Of a stretch of DNA of 64,000 nucleotides, positions 48,669-63,520 are shown piece after piece; within the stretch, counting starts at the first letter, position 1; each line of letters opens with the position of its first letter. The position numbers and the translations under genes are program-made. Origin of the DNA: Ptychomitrium polyphyllum (lineage: Eukaryota); the NCBI GenBank assembly GCA_973851085.1, contig OZ316776.1:5084001-5148000 (forward strand), given 5' to 3'. The notes under the pieces were generated by a model. That model was not told where the DNA came from. It was given only the letters and a program-made list of their open reading frames with translations, and made no database searches.

Positions 48669-50958
48669 TACACTGCACAGCCTCACCTTTGCCCAGGCTT
48701 TACTGGAACGGAACAACCCTTCCATTTGATCTATTCCAATTGAATTCGAGCAGAGTCTATCGAAGCCAACATACTGTAACATGTGACTTTGAAAAAGTCT
48801 TGGTGGTGGCTCCTGACATATGTTTCGAATTATATTTTGCTTAAGCGAAAGTTATGCTGAAAGTGAACACAGCGAAAATTTTACAACCAGCTCCTGATTT
48901 TTGTTAGTGAAAGTCCTGTAGGGAACAAACAAAAATGAGAAGTGTCTTTACTGGTTGAAACTTGAAAGAAGAACTTACGTAGAAAAGCATGGTTACAGGC
49001 TGTAATATCCTTTCCACTTGGACAAAACCACAAACATTAACAGTGCACAGTCACGTAGTCTTGAAATTCGGTATGAACCTGGAGGCTTGAGGAAGAAAGG
49101 AGCACGTTTGTTGTTGTCGTTGTGACCAAGTGGAAGGTTGGATTCCTGGCGTGGGCCATGCTTGAGTGGGGCTCATCCTTGGCTTATTGGTCCTGCTGAA
49201 GCCTAAGTTTAATCACAGCTGCTCATGTGTCAGGCTATGCACCCATGGCACTCCAAAGGACTCCAGTACTAATATTACTAAGGCCCAGGGTCAGAATAAA
49301 CTATATTAAGCTCCCCTAAGATTCTGTGTCAAAGATACACACCTCGCCTGCGTTGCTGCTTCAGGCGAGACATTGACCTGTTTCGTGTATTTCCTCTCCA
49401 GTGATTGACAAAGTGAGATCCCTGAGATGCTGGACCCTTCGCTACGAAAATGCAGGAAAACGGGACAAACTTGCAAAGAATGGTGCACACTGTGACTCGT
49501 GTTCGATGGATCCTTGCTTACAAGCTGGAAACGAATTATTTGCATGGTGCTAGGGTCCCGAATCTGTGATTGCCGTCATCGAATTAAATATGATGCCACC
49601 CTCCCTGGCACTGCAAACAACTTGCTTGGGATGTTTTTAATAGGAAGACTTGCATGAATTTCTTGAATTGAAGTAATAGTGGCTTTCAAACCACACTTGA
49701 ATTCAACTCAACAAACTTGTTGAACAGAGAACCCTACTTCATTATGCCCACTATTGCCATTATTGTAAGTCACATTGATTATAGAAATTTCACAAGAATT
49801 TAGAATAAGAACAAAGTGTAAGTGATGATAAGATAAAAATATTTTAAGTTACAATGTATAAAAGGAACAATCATGATATTATTTATTAAGTTATAGAAAA
49901 TTTGATTGATATTTTTTTAATAAAATAAGATATTGTTAATACATTTTTCCACTACTTTGAAAAAATATTTTCAGCGTGAGAATTGGTGTTAAATTTCATG
50001 TTAATATTGGATTTCATAATAATGGCACTAATCAATATAGTAATTCTAATATCATGGTGTAAAACTCCTTAATCATAAATAACTATCAAAATCTTTAAAC
50101 TAATATTGAAAGTCATTTATATGTGATTATAATTGAAATTGAAAGAATTGTTGCAAATGTTTTTAAAAATACAAATTGTTGTTTTCATAATGCACTAGCC
50201 ACTTTTATATTTAAAATATAACTAAAATTCATTATGAATTATCCTTTTTCATTATTAAAGGTAAGATATTACTCAAATATTTATTTACCATGGATTTGAA
50301 AACTCAATATCATTAATTTGTCCAAATTTGGTAAAGATTAAATACACTTTAGCCTCACTTACAAATTTGGAGAAGTACTAAATTGATATATATAGTAGTA
50401 TGATAATTTGAAGAAGCATATGATAAAGTTTCATTTTTTGAAAAAAATACATATGTAATTTATAAGAATGAATCTTAAATTTTCAAAGCAATCTAAAAGT
50501 AGCCACTTATATAATTAAGGGTGTTGTATAATGAACTAAAAGTACTTCAATTAAGCATCTTTTGTACCTTGCTTATTTATAATTAAGTTGGAAGTAAAGA
50601 CATATCTTCATAAAATCTAAGAGATACAAAGAAAATTTATTGTATATTATTTTTCATTTGGTTAAGAATATAAAATCATTAAAATGCTTAAATATCCATT
50701 AAATTTGTTCTTTTTATAATTCTATACACATTGGTATATAGTAGCATACTTTAAGAATTAAATAGAAGTTAAAATTTTAACAACTCTTAATTAAGTTATA
50801 AAAACTATACTTTCAAACAATCATAACAAACTTAAAGAAATATATATTTGTACATTTTCACAAAAATACTTACACAAATTAAAAAACACTTTATTAGGTA
50901 CATGTTATAAAATAGATACAAAATGAAAGGATGAATTCTAAGATTGGATTGAATAGAG

Positions 50959-51068
50959 CTATAAAATTTGTAGTGCATGTGGCCCTTCTACAAATATATG
51001 ATGAATGATAATGAATTGACCTATAAAATTTATAGTCCATGTGGACACTGTACAATTGCATGATGAAT
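50959..51068 (+). repeat. Diverged ~62-bp tandem duplication
   Basis: CTATAAAATTTRTAGT.CATGTGG...TACAA...ATGATGAATG occurs twice. Confidence 0.7.
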
Positions 51069-53528
51069 GGTTAAAGCCCATGTCATCACATCACAGGTTG
51101 TCCACTCTTTGTCGGCGGCCCCACTTACCATACTTGTTGAAGTGAATGAAATTTTAAACCTCATTTCACTGGCCCAGATTTGAGCTATTTGACCTAATCA
51201 CATAAGTACTGGTATATGGGAATGAATCTGCCTGGTTAATTTATAGGTTTGCAATTGTATATTCCTCATAAACTTTCATCCTCGTATCTTGTTATCTATA
51301 CCATCATGCCATTTGAAGCATAAAGTATAAGTTACGTGGTGAGTTATCCTTGTTCCCAGCTCAAGCTCTTTTGTGATCCTTATCATAACACATCCACTTG
51401 AGGAGGAACATACTAGAACTTAGAATTGTTAAGATGATCAAGCTCACATCCAGTAGATTCCATAATTCTCTCATCTATTGCTAATGAATGCACTGCACCT
51501 ATATTGGATGTACCATTTGCATGCATCCTCCAAGAAAGTGATTTATTCCAACCTTGAGATGCTGAAACCTCGTTCATGGTGCCAATCTATTTGACTTCCT
51601 ACATCAAATTCTCACAGTTCTCTTATTATGGTGCATATTCCATATGTATCTCCTCTTATAGTATTTGTGCAACTTCAATTGCCTCCTGTTTTACTGTTTC
51701 ATAATCCTAGGCCACTACTACAATACGGTTGGCATGGTTTCAAAGCATCTCATATGCACTCATCAAATTGCTTCTGGATCTCCATTTTTGTAAGGACATT
51801 AATTCGTTCATGAAAAAATACCACTAGTACATACTCACCATATTTAAATAGGTTGGTAGATTCATCAAGAAATTCTTATTTTCACATCTAATTTGTACAA
51901 CGTGATGAGGTTTTTATGAATTCATGTTAAGCACTCAATTAATTTAAGCCAAACTTACCTTTATGGTAAAAATGATGTGAATGTAGTCATTACCAAGCTA
52001 CAGTCTACAAAGTCAAACATTTAGTTGTCCATTATTTGAATCATATTATAACTTTTATAATTTTTATAAATTATATAATTTTATAACTTTTAATTTGTTA
52101 TATATAATGTTTCAATGTGTTTTCAATTATAATTATTTTAAATCTTATTTCACACAAATCAAAGTTAAGACATTTTATAGATTTTAATAACAAAATTTTA
52201 ATGTATTGAAGAGAAGAGGTTTTACATTTTTTATAAAAGAGCTTCATTCTTAAATGTCCAAAGGATGCAAACCAAAACCAAGATGAGTTATAATATGTGA
52301 CTCTTGTACATTTCATGAACTTTGAACCAGAAATAAAATTGATATAAATGGTGTAAAGAAATCATTCTAATTATTAAAAAATAATTTAGATGAGTATAAT
52401 AAGTTACATGCAAAGTCTTCAAATTATTTATCAAATTTTCATTATATAATTATATAAAATATGGTTTTATATGTTAAAAAATTTAGTAATTAAAAAAAAA
52501 ATCAATGTTCTTTCTAAAATATATATTTTTTGATAATAAGTGATCAAATTATATTGATATCAAAGTTTCAAATGCATTGTAGATATTGTTGTAATCATTA
52601 ATGCAAACTTAATGGAACAACATAAATAAATGTGTAGATAATAAAAATAAAAAGTTTAGCATTTTAATAAAACATCTATAGGTGTATATTGAAGGTGTAT
52701 AAACCATTTAAACTTGCTCATTTATAAAAGTTATAAAATAATTAATAAAGAATAATTTACATTGTTGACTAAGAAAGTACACAAAAGTGCTTTAATTTAT
52801 TTTTTAAATGAGTGGTTGATCTATCATTATCTTGAACTAGCAAAAATATCACCTTGAAATTTACTATCGTTGAAAATAAGAAAATTAATTGAACTTCAAA
52901 TTTGATATTGAATTTGATTAATTAATTGTATGTGACATCAAACTCGTTGAAATTTTTACAAATTAGAGTTGAAACTCTAGGAAATAGAAGGCCCTATATA
53001 TGTAAATATTACATAATTTTCATAGAAGTTCAATTAATTTCACTAGAAAATATTCAATTTGGCCTTGCTTATTTTCTTAATGTAATAAAAATATGTATTA
53101 AAAACTCAACTTACCTTATTTTTGGTACAAAATTGTTGCACCTTGTTCGTATAAGGTTTACATAAAAAGTAGATAGAAGCTTAAAATTGCTTTTTGGTTT
53201 TTCTTGGGCACAGCTCGGCAACCAAGAGCCGTGACCATAAAAATGTTTTTATTCTATATAGTCACCACTCTTTATGCATAGTACAAACTGCCCATAGTTC
53301 ATGAACTTCTATCATATTCAGCAACAAAACATAAGAGGTGTATCAAAACAAAGGTCATTATAACTTGTACTGGAATTTGGTGGCCATTTCCTGGGTCCAA
53401 TGCCCTGATTACCTTTTACTGGAATTGGACCTTTCTTTTTGAGCCACAAGGAGTGCGGTTCTTCTATGGTTGATATTGCTTGCGCATGAACACCTATGAA
53501 AGCATGTCCATTAGGGCTTTTCGTTCGT

Positions 53529-53617
53529 CGATAGGTCCAGCTCATGAATCATGTAATACATTTTTTTATTTACAGAAATCTGTGATTTTTTCATAATCCA
53601 TGAGCTGGACCTGTTCG
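53529..53617. other. Fold-back hairpin (~90 nt), miRNA-precursor-like or MITE-like
   Basis: AGGTCCAGCTCATG (53533-53546) is the perfect reverse complement of CATGAGCTGGACCT (53599-53612). The stem extends inward with few mismatches. Confidence 0.6.
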
Positions 53618-56600
53618 CTAATAAATCTGTGATCTGGATAATTCCACAATCCTGTACTTGCTTTATGCAATGCAGAATAATCACATTGCTTGTTTTTGTT
53701 AAATCGTTAAAAAATTCATGATAATTGCATTGCTGCAGGGGTTTTGGGAAAAGTTGGAATTGAACTTACAAACATCCTATTTGTTTAGTTGGGATTATTC
53801 CTCAAATTTGAGACTTCTCAGTACTAAATATATGCATTTTTGGAATGTATGAAGTTGCATTTACTTAACAATTTCCTAAATTTGCATGAACATATACAAG
53901 TGTAATCAACAAAGCACATCTTAACACTTCTAAACTTGTTTTATAAGTATAGATGTAGAGGTCCTACTAAGAAATTACCATGCTAGTGTAAAACATTGCT
54001 TCCCCTTTTAGACATTTTGTGTTTGTATCTATGTGAATTACTGAAATTTGTCATTTGTAAATTACTTCTATTAGATATCGTTATTCTCAAAACCAAAATC
54101 TATTCTTTTTTTCTATTTTAAAAAGAAGGATAAATATAATAACAATTAAAAACATATTGCAATGATACAATTGCTTATTGTACAATGTCTCAATTATGAA
54201 TTGCTTTAAAGAATAAAGTTTGATGGATGTTTGATACATATGAAAAAAGTAATTGCAAATTGTGAATTTAAAATTGTACATATATAATACATATTTATAG
54301 TGTGTGAATATAATAATTTTCTATTGTTGTGCTAAAATTGCAATTTCGGTTTCTATATACGTGGCAAATAGACTTTCAATATACTAAATCAATGCAATTT
54401 TTAAGCTTTAATTAATAAAAATTCTCAAGCAATATTGCATACAAGTTACAACAGTAACAAACACATTACAAGAAGGTATATATTATAGACATCTTATTAA
54501 TTTTGACATTCTATGATGATTAGTATACTTGTCATTTTTTCTTCAATAAAATTAAGTTTGTAATTGAACTTTTACTTTCTTGCTTACATTTTGTAAAGCC
54601 TTTTTATATATGCAATTTTACACTTGTATTTTATCTTCTTTTCTATTCTTCCAAATTTTTTTTTAATATTTTTTCGATTAGATTCAATAAAGATATCATG
54701 AAAAAAAAAATGTAAGTTGCATTTTTTAATTCTAAAAAGACAACTTAATTCCAATTATCCAATGTTTTTTTTATTCTTTATATTTAAAGCTTTGTAAATG
54801 TAATGAATATGAGATGTTTTCGAATATAAACAATAAAGACATACTTTTGTTCAAAATATAGAAAGAACACTTTACAAAAGAATGATACAAAATATATGTT
54901 AATTTTTCATATAGCCAAATTTGATGAAAAGCTATTTCAATTTTTACTTCATTAAAGTGACAAGAGTAGTTTTATGCTATGAAAATTACCACTTTAAAAC
55001 ATCACATTGTAAAACTGTCTATTCAATCAATGTTAAAACAAATCATTGTAATTAAAATTGTAAGAAACTATTAATCTAAAGTAATAAAATTTTAATTAAA
55101 ATTAAATGGTTGAGCTTCCATAAACATAATCATATATACATATAAAATTAATTTAGAAATCTTTAAGTCTTATAATTACATCAATATGAAAATATTCCTT
55201 TAAGAATACTTTAAGTGCTTTTTCTAAAAATTGCATATTACAAAGAATCCTTTAAATTTTTCAAATTAAAAAATCATTAGCAATCTATATGGTATATAAA
55301 AATGTGAAAATAAATAAATTAATAATGTCATTATCTCTTTGCAAAATAGATGATTCATAATTTCTTAGAATTCAATGTATTTAATAAAAATGACTTATTT
55401 GAAATTGAATAATTTTGCTTGAAGCATGTTTTATATTGTGAATAGTGCAAATGGATTTCCTTTACTTTTTAAATAGTGCCAATTTTCATGAAACTCATAA
55501 AAGTTACATTTATTAATGCTTAAAATCCAATTCTTTTCAGAGATAAAGCACTTGATACAACATTATAATTTACTTATTCATAATTATTGAATTATTGTTC
55601 TTTTATTAGTTTATCAAAATAAAAAACGAAATTGGATGTAAAAATTGTCTTTCAATAAAAAACAACTTCAATTGTAATGAAATGTATCAAAAGATTATAT
55701 TAAATCTAATTGAGAGTTTCAAAAAATATATTTTGATTCTAGATTTATTATATTACTGTGAATCTTGTTCAATAAAAAAATATAAATAATTTAACTTTAT
55801 AAAATATCAAATATCAAATATCAAATAGCACTTATTAAAATAAAAAATTTTCTTACATTAAAATATAAAAGTAAACTTGAACAAATTTCAATTTATACCA
55901 AATTGAATCATAGGGATCTAAAATTTTATTAAATATTGAACAAAGAATAGTTTTAAAAATAATCATTTTAAAAAGAGGATATGGTAAATTTATTATGTTT
56001 ATAAAAAAAAGATGGTATAATATACAAAACAAAAGCTAAAAACGTTATAAATATGTAATATTAATACATAAAAATATTCTTCAATAATTTACATGTTTTT
56101 ATACAAATTATAATAATATTGCTAATTAGTACCTCATGCATATGTTAGTTATCAAGTTATTTCTTTAAAAGCAACTTCTACAAATTGTCATGAATCATAA
56201 GTAGCAATAAAAATTATATTGATGAGAAAAAAAATCCATGTTTTTAAAAAAGAATTGTTTAAATTACCTATGTCTAAGAATTAAAGGCTTCTTTTAATAT
56301 TCTAAATTTAGTACAATTTTTACACAAAAGATTACATTTTGATATGTCCAACTTTGATCCTAGTGCAATTCATAATATTGCTTACTAACTTTGTGCTATA
56401 AAAGTGATGGAAAAGGTTCAATGGACATTTCTAAGCTCTTCAATTGCTTTCATGCACATATTAATTCATATTGCAGCATCAAATTTATTATTTTTGATAT
56501 TTGATTCTTCAGCATCATTTTTTATTAATAGAAAGTTTATATTTGCAATTTTTTTTTAATTGAATTCAAATATTTATATTGAGTAACTTTAACCTCATCT

Positions 56601-56776
56601 ATAGCTATTCTTTTATCAAATTTTTAATCATAAAATAAATCTAAATTTGTTGAAAAACGATGAGATTTTTTGACAAATGATCATTTTCACCATTATTAAT
56701 GATAATTGGATCATTGTGAGCTATGGAATTAGCACATTATGGTTTTTTTTCTTAAAAATTGCTAAAAAGCGTTATT

Positions 56777-58339
56777 TGTAAATAGAATTAGGTTTAATTA
56801 GGGTAGAAGGGCCAAATTAGGGGTGTTCTTCATCTTTTAAGGAAATCTTAGTGTAATTTGGGCAGACACTTATGGCCTATAATGGTTAAGTCCAATAAAT
56901 AGAAAGTGGAACAAGTTTCTAAAATTAGACAAATTAGAAGTGGGATAATTAGGTAAGAAGTTATTATTGATTAGAATAATAACTAAAATTAAATAGCAGC
57001 TAAAGTTTAAAAAGAAGAGCTAAATCTAAGATAACAATTGAAAGTAAAATAACAGCTAAATTTAGACTAGCTGTTGAAATCTAAAAAAACATCCAAAGTT
57101 AGAACTACAGCTAAATTTATAACAACTGCCAAAGTCTAAGAATAGGTGAATTAAAAATATTAGCTAAATTTAAAATTGTAGCTAAAATCTAGAAATATAG
57201 CTAATTTTAGATCAATTATTATATTTAGATTAGTAATCAAAATCTTTAAAAATAGTTAAATTTAGAATAGGGGCTAAATTTAATGCAACAATTATATTTA
57301 AAGTAGTGGTTGAAATTTAAGAAATCAGCTAAATTTAGAACAATGGCTACATTTAGAGAATAGTCAAAGCATGAATTAGGGTCAAGCGGCTTAGAAATTT
57401 TAGCAGCCAATGGAAATGGAGTAGGATAGTGAAATTGCTATAAAAAGGGATGCAAGGAAGCAAAGAGATTGAGTTTTTCAAGCAAAGTTTAGTTATAAGT
57501 TCACCATTAGTTTTAGCAAGAAGGGTTATGTTAACAAAGCAAAGTGAGTTAGATTTTGAAATTAGGCTTTGAAGTTAGGATTTGAAGTTAAGGTTTAAGT
57601 TAAGGTTTGAAGTGAGGATTTGAAGTAAAGTTTAGAAGTTAGGATTTGAAGTTAGATTTTGGAAATAAGTTTTGGAGTTAGTTGATACAATTAGTTTTTA
57701 GCAAATAGGAGTTAATTATGAGCAAGGAAGTGGTTTAGTGTTTAGCAAGGGAAGTTAGTGTTTGAGTAAAAAATGTGCAACAATTAGGGCTTGAATTTTG
57801 GGCCGTCAGTCCCTCATGGTGTAAGTGAAAAAGCTAAAATTATAAGAGTTGGTAGAAAGGATTATAAGCTTTTCAACAAATTAAAGAACGCTCAATTTAG
57901 AGAAGCATGAAAGAAACGGCGGTCGTTTGAAGTGAAGGGGGTCCTTTAGTTGGACAGTCTTGTAAGCCCAACTTTGGCAAGGCACATCTTGGTGGTCACA
58001 AGTTCAATTGCTACAAGAATTGATTGTTTAAAGCCGCTTAAAGTTTAGTTTTTAGAAAATCTAAGATTTGAAAGATTTGAACCACGGAGACGGCAATGGC
58101 AGCTAATTTGGTATCAAGGGATCTGTTGCCCCTTAGAATTGAAGTGGCGACTTGAAGGTTGAAATTGGGAAGACCTTGACTAGATAATTAGTAAGTAATC
58201 TAAGAATATGGTTATTTGTATGCTGTTGATTACATTGTAATTGATGGTGCAACATCAATGTTAGACTAAATATGGGGCATTTTATTCAATTAAGAAGTTA
58301 GGTTTAATTAGACAATTTTTAATTGACTAAAATGTGACA
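56777..58339 (+). mobile_element. Probable long LTR (TG...CA) with internal degenerate repeat arrays
   Basis: TG at 56777 and CA at 58339. AGCTAAATTTAG-type repeats at ~56990-57350 and 13-bp GAAGTTAGGATTT-type repeats at ~57555-57665. Boundaries are inferred. Confidence 0.4.
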
Positions 58340-59949
58340 TAAGTAATTGCATATAGAAGTAAGATTGTGTGAATTAATATTCCTTCTACTAGTAGAGGTT
58401 TATTTGGCTCACACTAAGAAAAGAAGGATTGGAAGCTATAATAAGATAATTGATCCACTATGCAAAAGAGAACAAAATCTAACAAGAACAAGAATTTGTT
58501 CTTAAGATCTATCCAAATGTTAAGGGCAAGAAATATTTGCTAGAATATCTCTTAGCTGGTCAATCACAATTTTTTGAGTGACCAATTGGACATTTTTTAA
58601 CCAAAAACTACACTACAATCATTACTTGTAGTACAAATAAAACAACTTTTAAATTAGTTCTAAACTACCAATCACTAACACTTTGTTAATAAACTTAGTG
58701 ATTCAAAAGTGAAGAAAGAAAGGACACAAGGAAAACTTGATTAGGTTTGAAAAGCATATACAAAGTTTGCTAACTCTAGACTTTAACCTACAAAAAAATC
58801 AAAACGTAATTATTACATGCAACCTTTTAAGACGGTGTGTTTTATCACAACAATTTACCTAACTAATGTACATGTAAATTTTAAGTTTTAATCTTCTTTG
58901 ATGTTGATTACCAATGCCTAATTATTGATGGTTACTTACTAAGGAGAAATAATCAAGCAGATATTATTTCTTACTGAACATTTTGTTGGGAGATTTTTTG
59001 TAATTGTCCTTTAGTAATAATCAATTCTTAATATTGACTACCAAGTACCAATTATTGACTATTAAGTGCCAATTACCAAGCACTTAGTTTAAGGGGGTTA
59101 CCAACCCAATGTATTGATCGGTGACTGATCTTTAACAACATTCAACAGGCATTATTATAAAATATATTTCTATAGTTTAAACTGTATCTTGAGTGTTATA
59201 GAAAATATTATGAAAGATGGTACAATGGAGAAGTGAGATAGTGTGAAAAATAAGCAATTGAATGGAAAATTAAAAAATTTGAATAGAAAAATAATTGAGC
59301 AAATTATTAAAAAAAATGAAATGAGATTTTTTAATTGTAAAGAATACCATGGAATATATGGCTAGATGTTAGTAAAGTGATTCTAATAGAATGCTAGATG
59401 CAAAACCTATGGAGCAATAAGGAGATAGACAATTAAAGAGCTATGGAAAAAAATTAAGGGAATTTCATAAAACCAAAAATCAATGAACTGGATGAGTATT
59501 TTTTACCTTAAACTTGTGAGCTGTTACCAGCCTATTGGATATAAGATTTGGTACTATAGGACTTCTTCTACCAATCTCCTTCTATTGATACTATCAAACA
59601 TCCTCTAACAATAATTATTAGATGATAGTATTAATTTGTTAGTTTAGACAACAAATGTAGATCCATGATTACAGGTTTTAAAACATAGTATTTAAATCCT
59701 TAACCAAGAGAATTGAGGGTGTATTGTATTTTGTTTTCTGTTAATGATGTGGTATTTTCTAGACTAGTGGAGTATAAATCAATTATATCTTAGTAAATTA
59801 TAACTCTTGTATATATTCTTTTATTATTACAAACTTTCTTGTATTTACATATTTTATTTTTTTAGCTAGCAATATTTTTCTATCCAGCAGTTATTAACTA
59901 TAGATTTTTTCAAGTGTTGTTTATTGTTAATTATTTTAAGTTAGTAACT

Positions 59950-62900
59950 TCTAATCTTTTGCTATTTGGTAGTTACCAACCATAACATGAGCATAATAGG
60001 CTAACTAGAATTAGTCGATTCTTAGAGATTAGGCATTACTTATTGTCTAATTTAAAATTGTGCAATTATCTTGGAATTTATTAGCGAAATTTAGAATTAT
60101 CCATGATATTTGTACTTTTCTATGAATAAACTTCACTATAGAGATTTACCAGTGTTTTATAGATTGTAAAAATCTTTTGCCTACAATGGTGTAAATTTTT
60201 TAAATAAGATTAATTTACAATCATGCTACCATCAAATTCAATTGAAATCTGACAATGTATATAAAATTGCATGCCAAACTGAATATACTTTTTGTTTTGA
60301 TTGAATTGCTTGCTACATTCATGACTTTAATGAACCACATTTTACAACCATATTTGAATTAATTTTTTTGTAGTATATTTAGATAATATTCTTATCTATA
60401 ATCAAAGTATAGCCAATTACTTGGAGCATTTAAGAATAATTCTTTAAGATCTTGTGGAAAATAAGTTATATGCCAAAATGAATAAATGTTAGTTTTTAAA
60501 ATTGAAAATTGCCTTTCTAGGTCATATACTAGGTTCTTTAGGCATAAAAGTGGATTCAAAAAAAAATTCAAGCAATTCAAACATGGAAAGAACATTTATA
60601 AACCGAAATGTTTTTTGAACCAAGCTAATGAATATCAAGAATATAAATACCATTTTAATTATTAAGTTTTATCATTGATTCATTTCTTTAAGAAAAAAGT
60701 CAAATTTAATTAGACATTGAATTGTCAAATTGCCTTAAATCCATGCTCCAATATTTTTATAATTGTAGATCTAAACTTATCTTTTAAAATTCATATTAAT
60801 ACTTCAATAGATGCAATAGATGTAAATTTATTAAAAAAAAGTAAATCTATTACTTATGAATCAAAAAAATTAAATAATATTGAAAAAATAATCTATAAAT
60901 TATTAATTATAAATTAGAGTTATATGCTATTGTTCATGCTTTAAAGACTTAGCAATATTATTTGGATGAACAATATATTGCTTAACTCACTAATAATTTT
61001 AGCCTTAAATTGTTTGATTCATAACCAAATTTGTTTATTTAACAAGCAAGATGGCAATGATTCTTTGCTCAATTTCATTATGATTTGCAATACCAAAAAA
61101 GATGGAAGAATGTGGTGGTTGATATTATAAAGATTATTTGTGTATTTAAAAGGATGGTAATTTTTGCATGTTACTCCCTTGTGAAGATCATTTAGTTTCA
61201 TTAAAAAGACATTTTGGTGTTATTAAGTATTATGCATCTTTGAAATGCAATTATTTTTGGCCAAATATGTTGAGTGATGTAAAAAACTTTATTAAATCTT
61301 GCTTAGCTTGTCAACAAAAAATAAAAATAAAAATGAAGCTCGCAATTTTATTACAACCCTTTTCCAATTCCTAAAGAAACTTTTCCATGAGTATGGATTT
61401 TATCATGGATTTGTCACAAAATGAAGGTCATTTTAATGCAATGATTGTTGATGTGAATTGTCTTAGTAAATAAGCATATTCTATTCCAACTCATTCCAAA
61501 ATAAATGCCCTTGGCTTGGCAAAAATTATTTCATACAAAAAATATATTGTCACCATGGATTTCCATGCAATGTTATAAGTGATAGAGATATTTATTTTAC
61601 AAGCAATTTTTGGCAATTTCACTTTCAAATAGTGGGTACACAATTCAATATGAGTACCGCCTTCCATCCTCAATAAGATGGTCAAACCAGAGTATTATAA
61701 CCACCAGAATATTAAAAGATATATTAAGTGCATTTTTTGCCATCAATTAGAAAAATTGGAATGTGTAAAATTAGCTTTTAATATTCAATTGTAGAGGAAC
61801 AACCAAAAGCTAATATTAAAAAATTTGATTGCTAGAGAGGCAATTATAAATAAAAATACCACAACTATTGTCATGTATTTATTTTGCAAAAGACAAAAAG
61901 ACCATAATTTATTAATAATTCAATAATTTGAAGTATATTTTTTACATATTAAAGTAGTTCATAGAACTGTCTATAAATTGATCAATCTTATTATTGTAGC
62001 ATACTACAACAATATCAACTATCATATCAAAATATCAGTAAAACATTCTCTTCCAGAATCTTCTCCCAATTCAATTATTGTGAATTTTTTCTATCACTTT
62101 TTAGTATAATATTTAAATCCTTTCTTGGAATACTCAACAATAATAAGTAGTGAACCTTCAAATTCCTTTACGCAATTAGTCACTTTTATAATAATATAGT
62201 TTTTTTTAGTTCATCATTCAATTACTTCCAAACTTCAATTTTCATTCTTTTGCTTCCAATTTTTAACAAGTCATCACCTTAATAATAGTTGATAATAATC
62301 TCTCAATTCACTCACACTTTAAACATTCAAAATTTATTCACTTTTCTTCAAAAATTCCATACAATCAACAACAACATGATATACTAATAAACAAACACTT
62401 TTTATTCTGAATTTACCATATACACTTTATAAGGTGGAGACAAACTTCACTTGTCTGTTATTTTTTTTTCTTCTCTTCCTCTTCTATTATATTCCTTGAA
62501 CCAATACAATGATCCAATACTATTGTAACCACTTATCAATTGTATGTGTCAAAAGACACACTATTTCTATTAATATTTTCAACATTGAAACAACACTATA
62601 GTCTTGAAAGTCACTTTACATACTACTATAGTCTATCTAATAAATTAATTAGTCATTTGTACCCTTTCAAAGCCGTTACCTACTAAAACTAAGAAATACA
62701 TAAAAAATACACTAATTCTACATGTTGATTGTCTTCTTACAATGAAAGTTGTTTACAATTATATAGTCAATTCTACTACATAAAAGATTCCATTTGAGAT
62801 AATATATAGTAAGCATATTTTGATTCCATCAACTTTTTATAATTTAAACTTAAATATCTAGCTGCATTAGCTTTTCATAATAAATGGCAATGCAATTTAG

Positions 62901-63520
62901 TATTTATTATAGAAGTTTTAATCAAGGCTCAAGCACATAAGACCAAATATGCCAATGCACATAGAAGACATGTAAAATACAATGAAGGTTACAAAGTTCT
63001 TCTTCGCACTAAGAATTTGAAATATACTTTAATAATTTCAACAAAAGTTGTTCATAAGTTTGTGGGCCCTCTTACAATTTACAAGCATATTGGCTATGCA
63101 GCTTATGTTCTTCAATTTCTTTCTAAGATGAAATTCACATTATATTTCATGTGAATATTTTTAAGCCATATATTAAATTGGTAGATCTTTTGACAATTGA
63201 TTGGCCTAATTCTATTGAATATTTAGAAGGTGATAACATCTTTGTGAGGTTGAATTAATTTTTAACTACTATAAACATTGTTATAGTAAAAGAAATTGTG
63301 TAGATATGGAAAGATTATCCTATTGTTGAAGTCACTTAGGAACCTCTTAAAAAATTAACATATCATGATTTAATACTATAAAACTTTTGCACTTGTTTTA
63401 ATACGGTTTAACAAGGACAAGTAAACTTTTTTAAAAGAAAGGAAAATGTCATGAAACCAATTTAGACTACTTACCTAAAGCAAGACTTATTACATTAAAT
63501 ACTAATAGTAATAACCTTTA
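59950..63520 (+). mobile_element. Degenerate Ty3/gypsy chromovirus pol remnant with PPT and 3' LTR start
   Basis: RT YLDNILIY ~60375-60400. Integrase HFGVIK..NYFWPNM..DVKNFIKSC.ACQ (61168-61374), SMDFI.DL and FHPQ.DGQT (~61660). Chromodomain-like W.DYP.VE.T.EP ~63305-63345. PPT AAAAGAAAGGAAAA 63433-63446 followed by TG at 63447. Interrupted by unrelated sequence at ~61720-62840. Confidence 0.8.

Noticed and set aside
58105..58113. tRNA-iMet PBS (TGGTATCA)
   Set aside because: Only 8 nt match, not followed by GAGC, and not placed directly after a clear LTR end.
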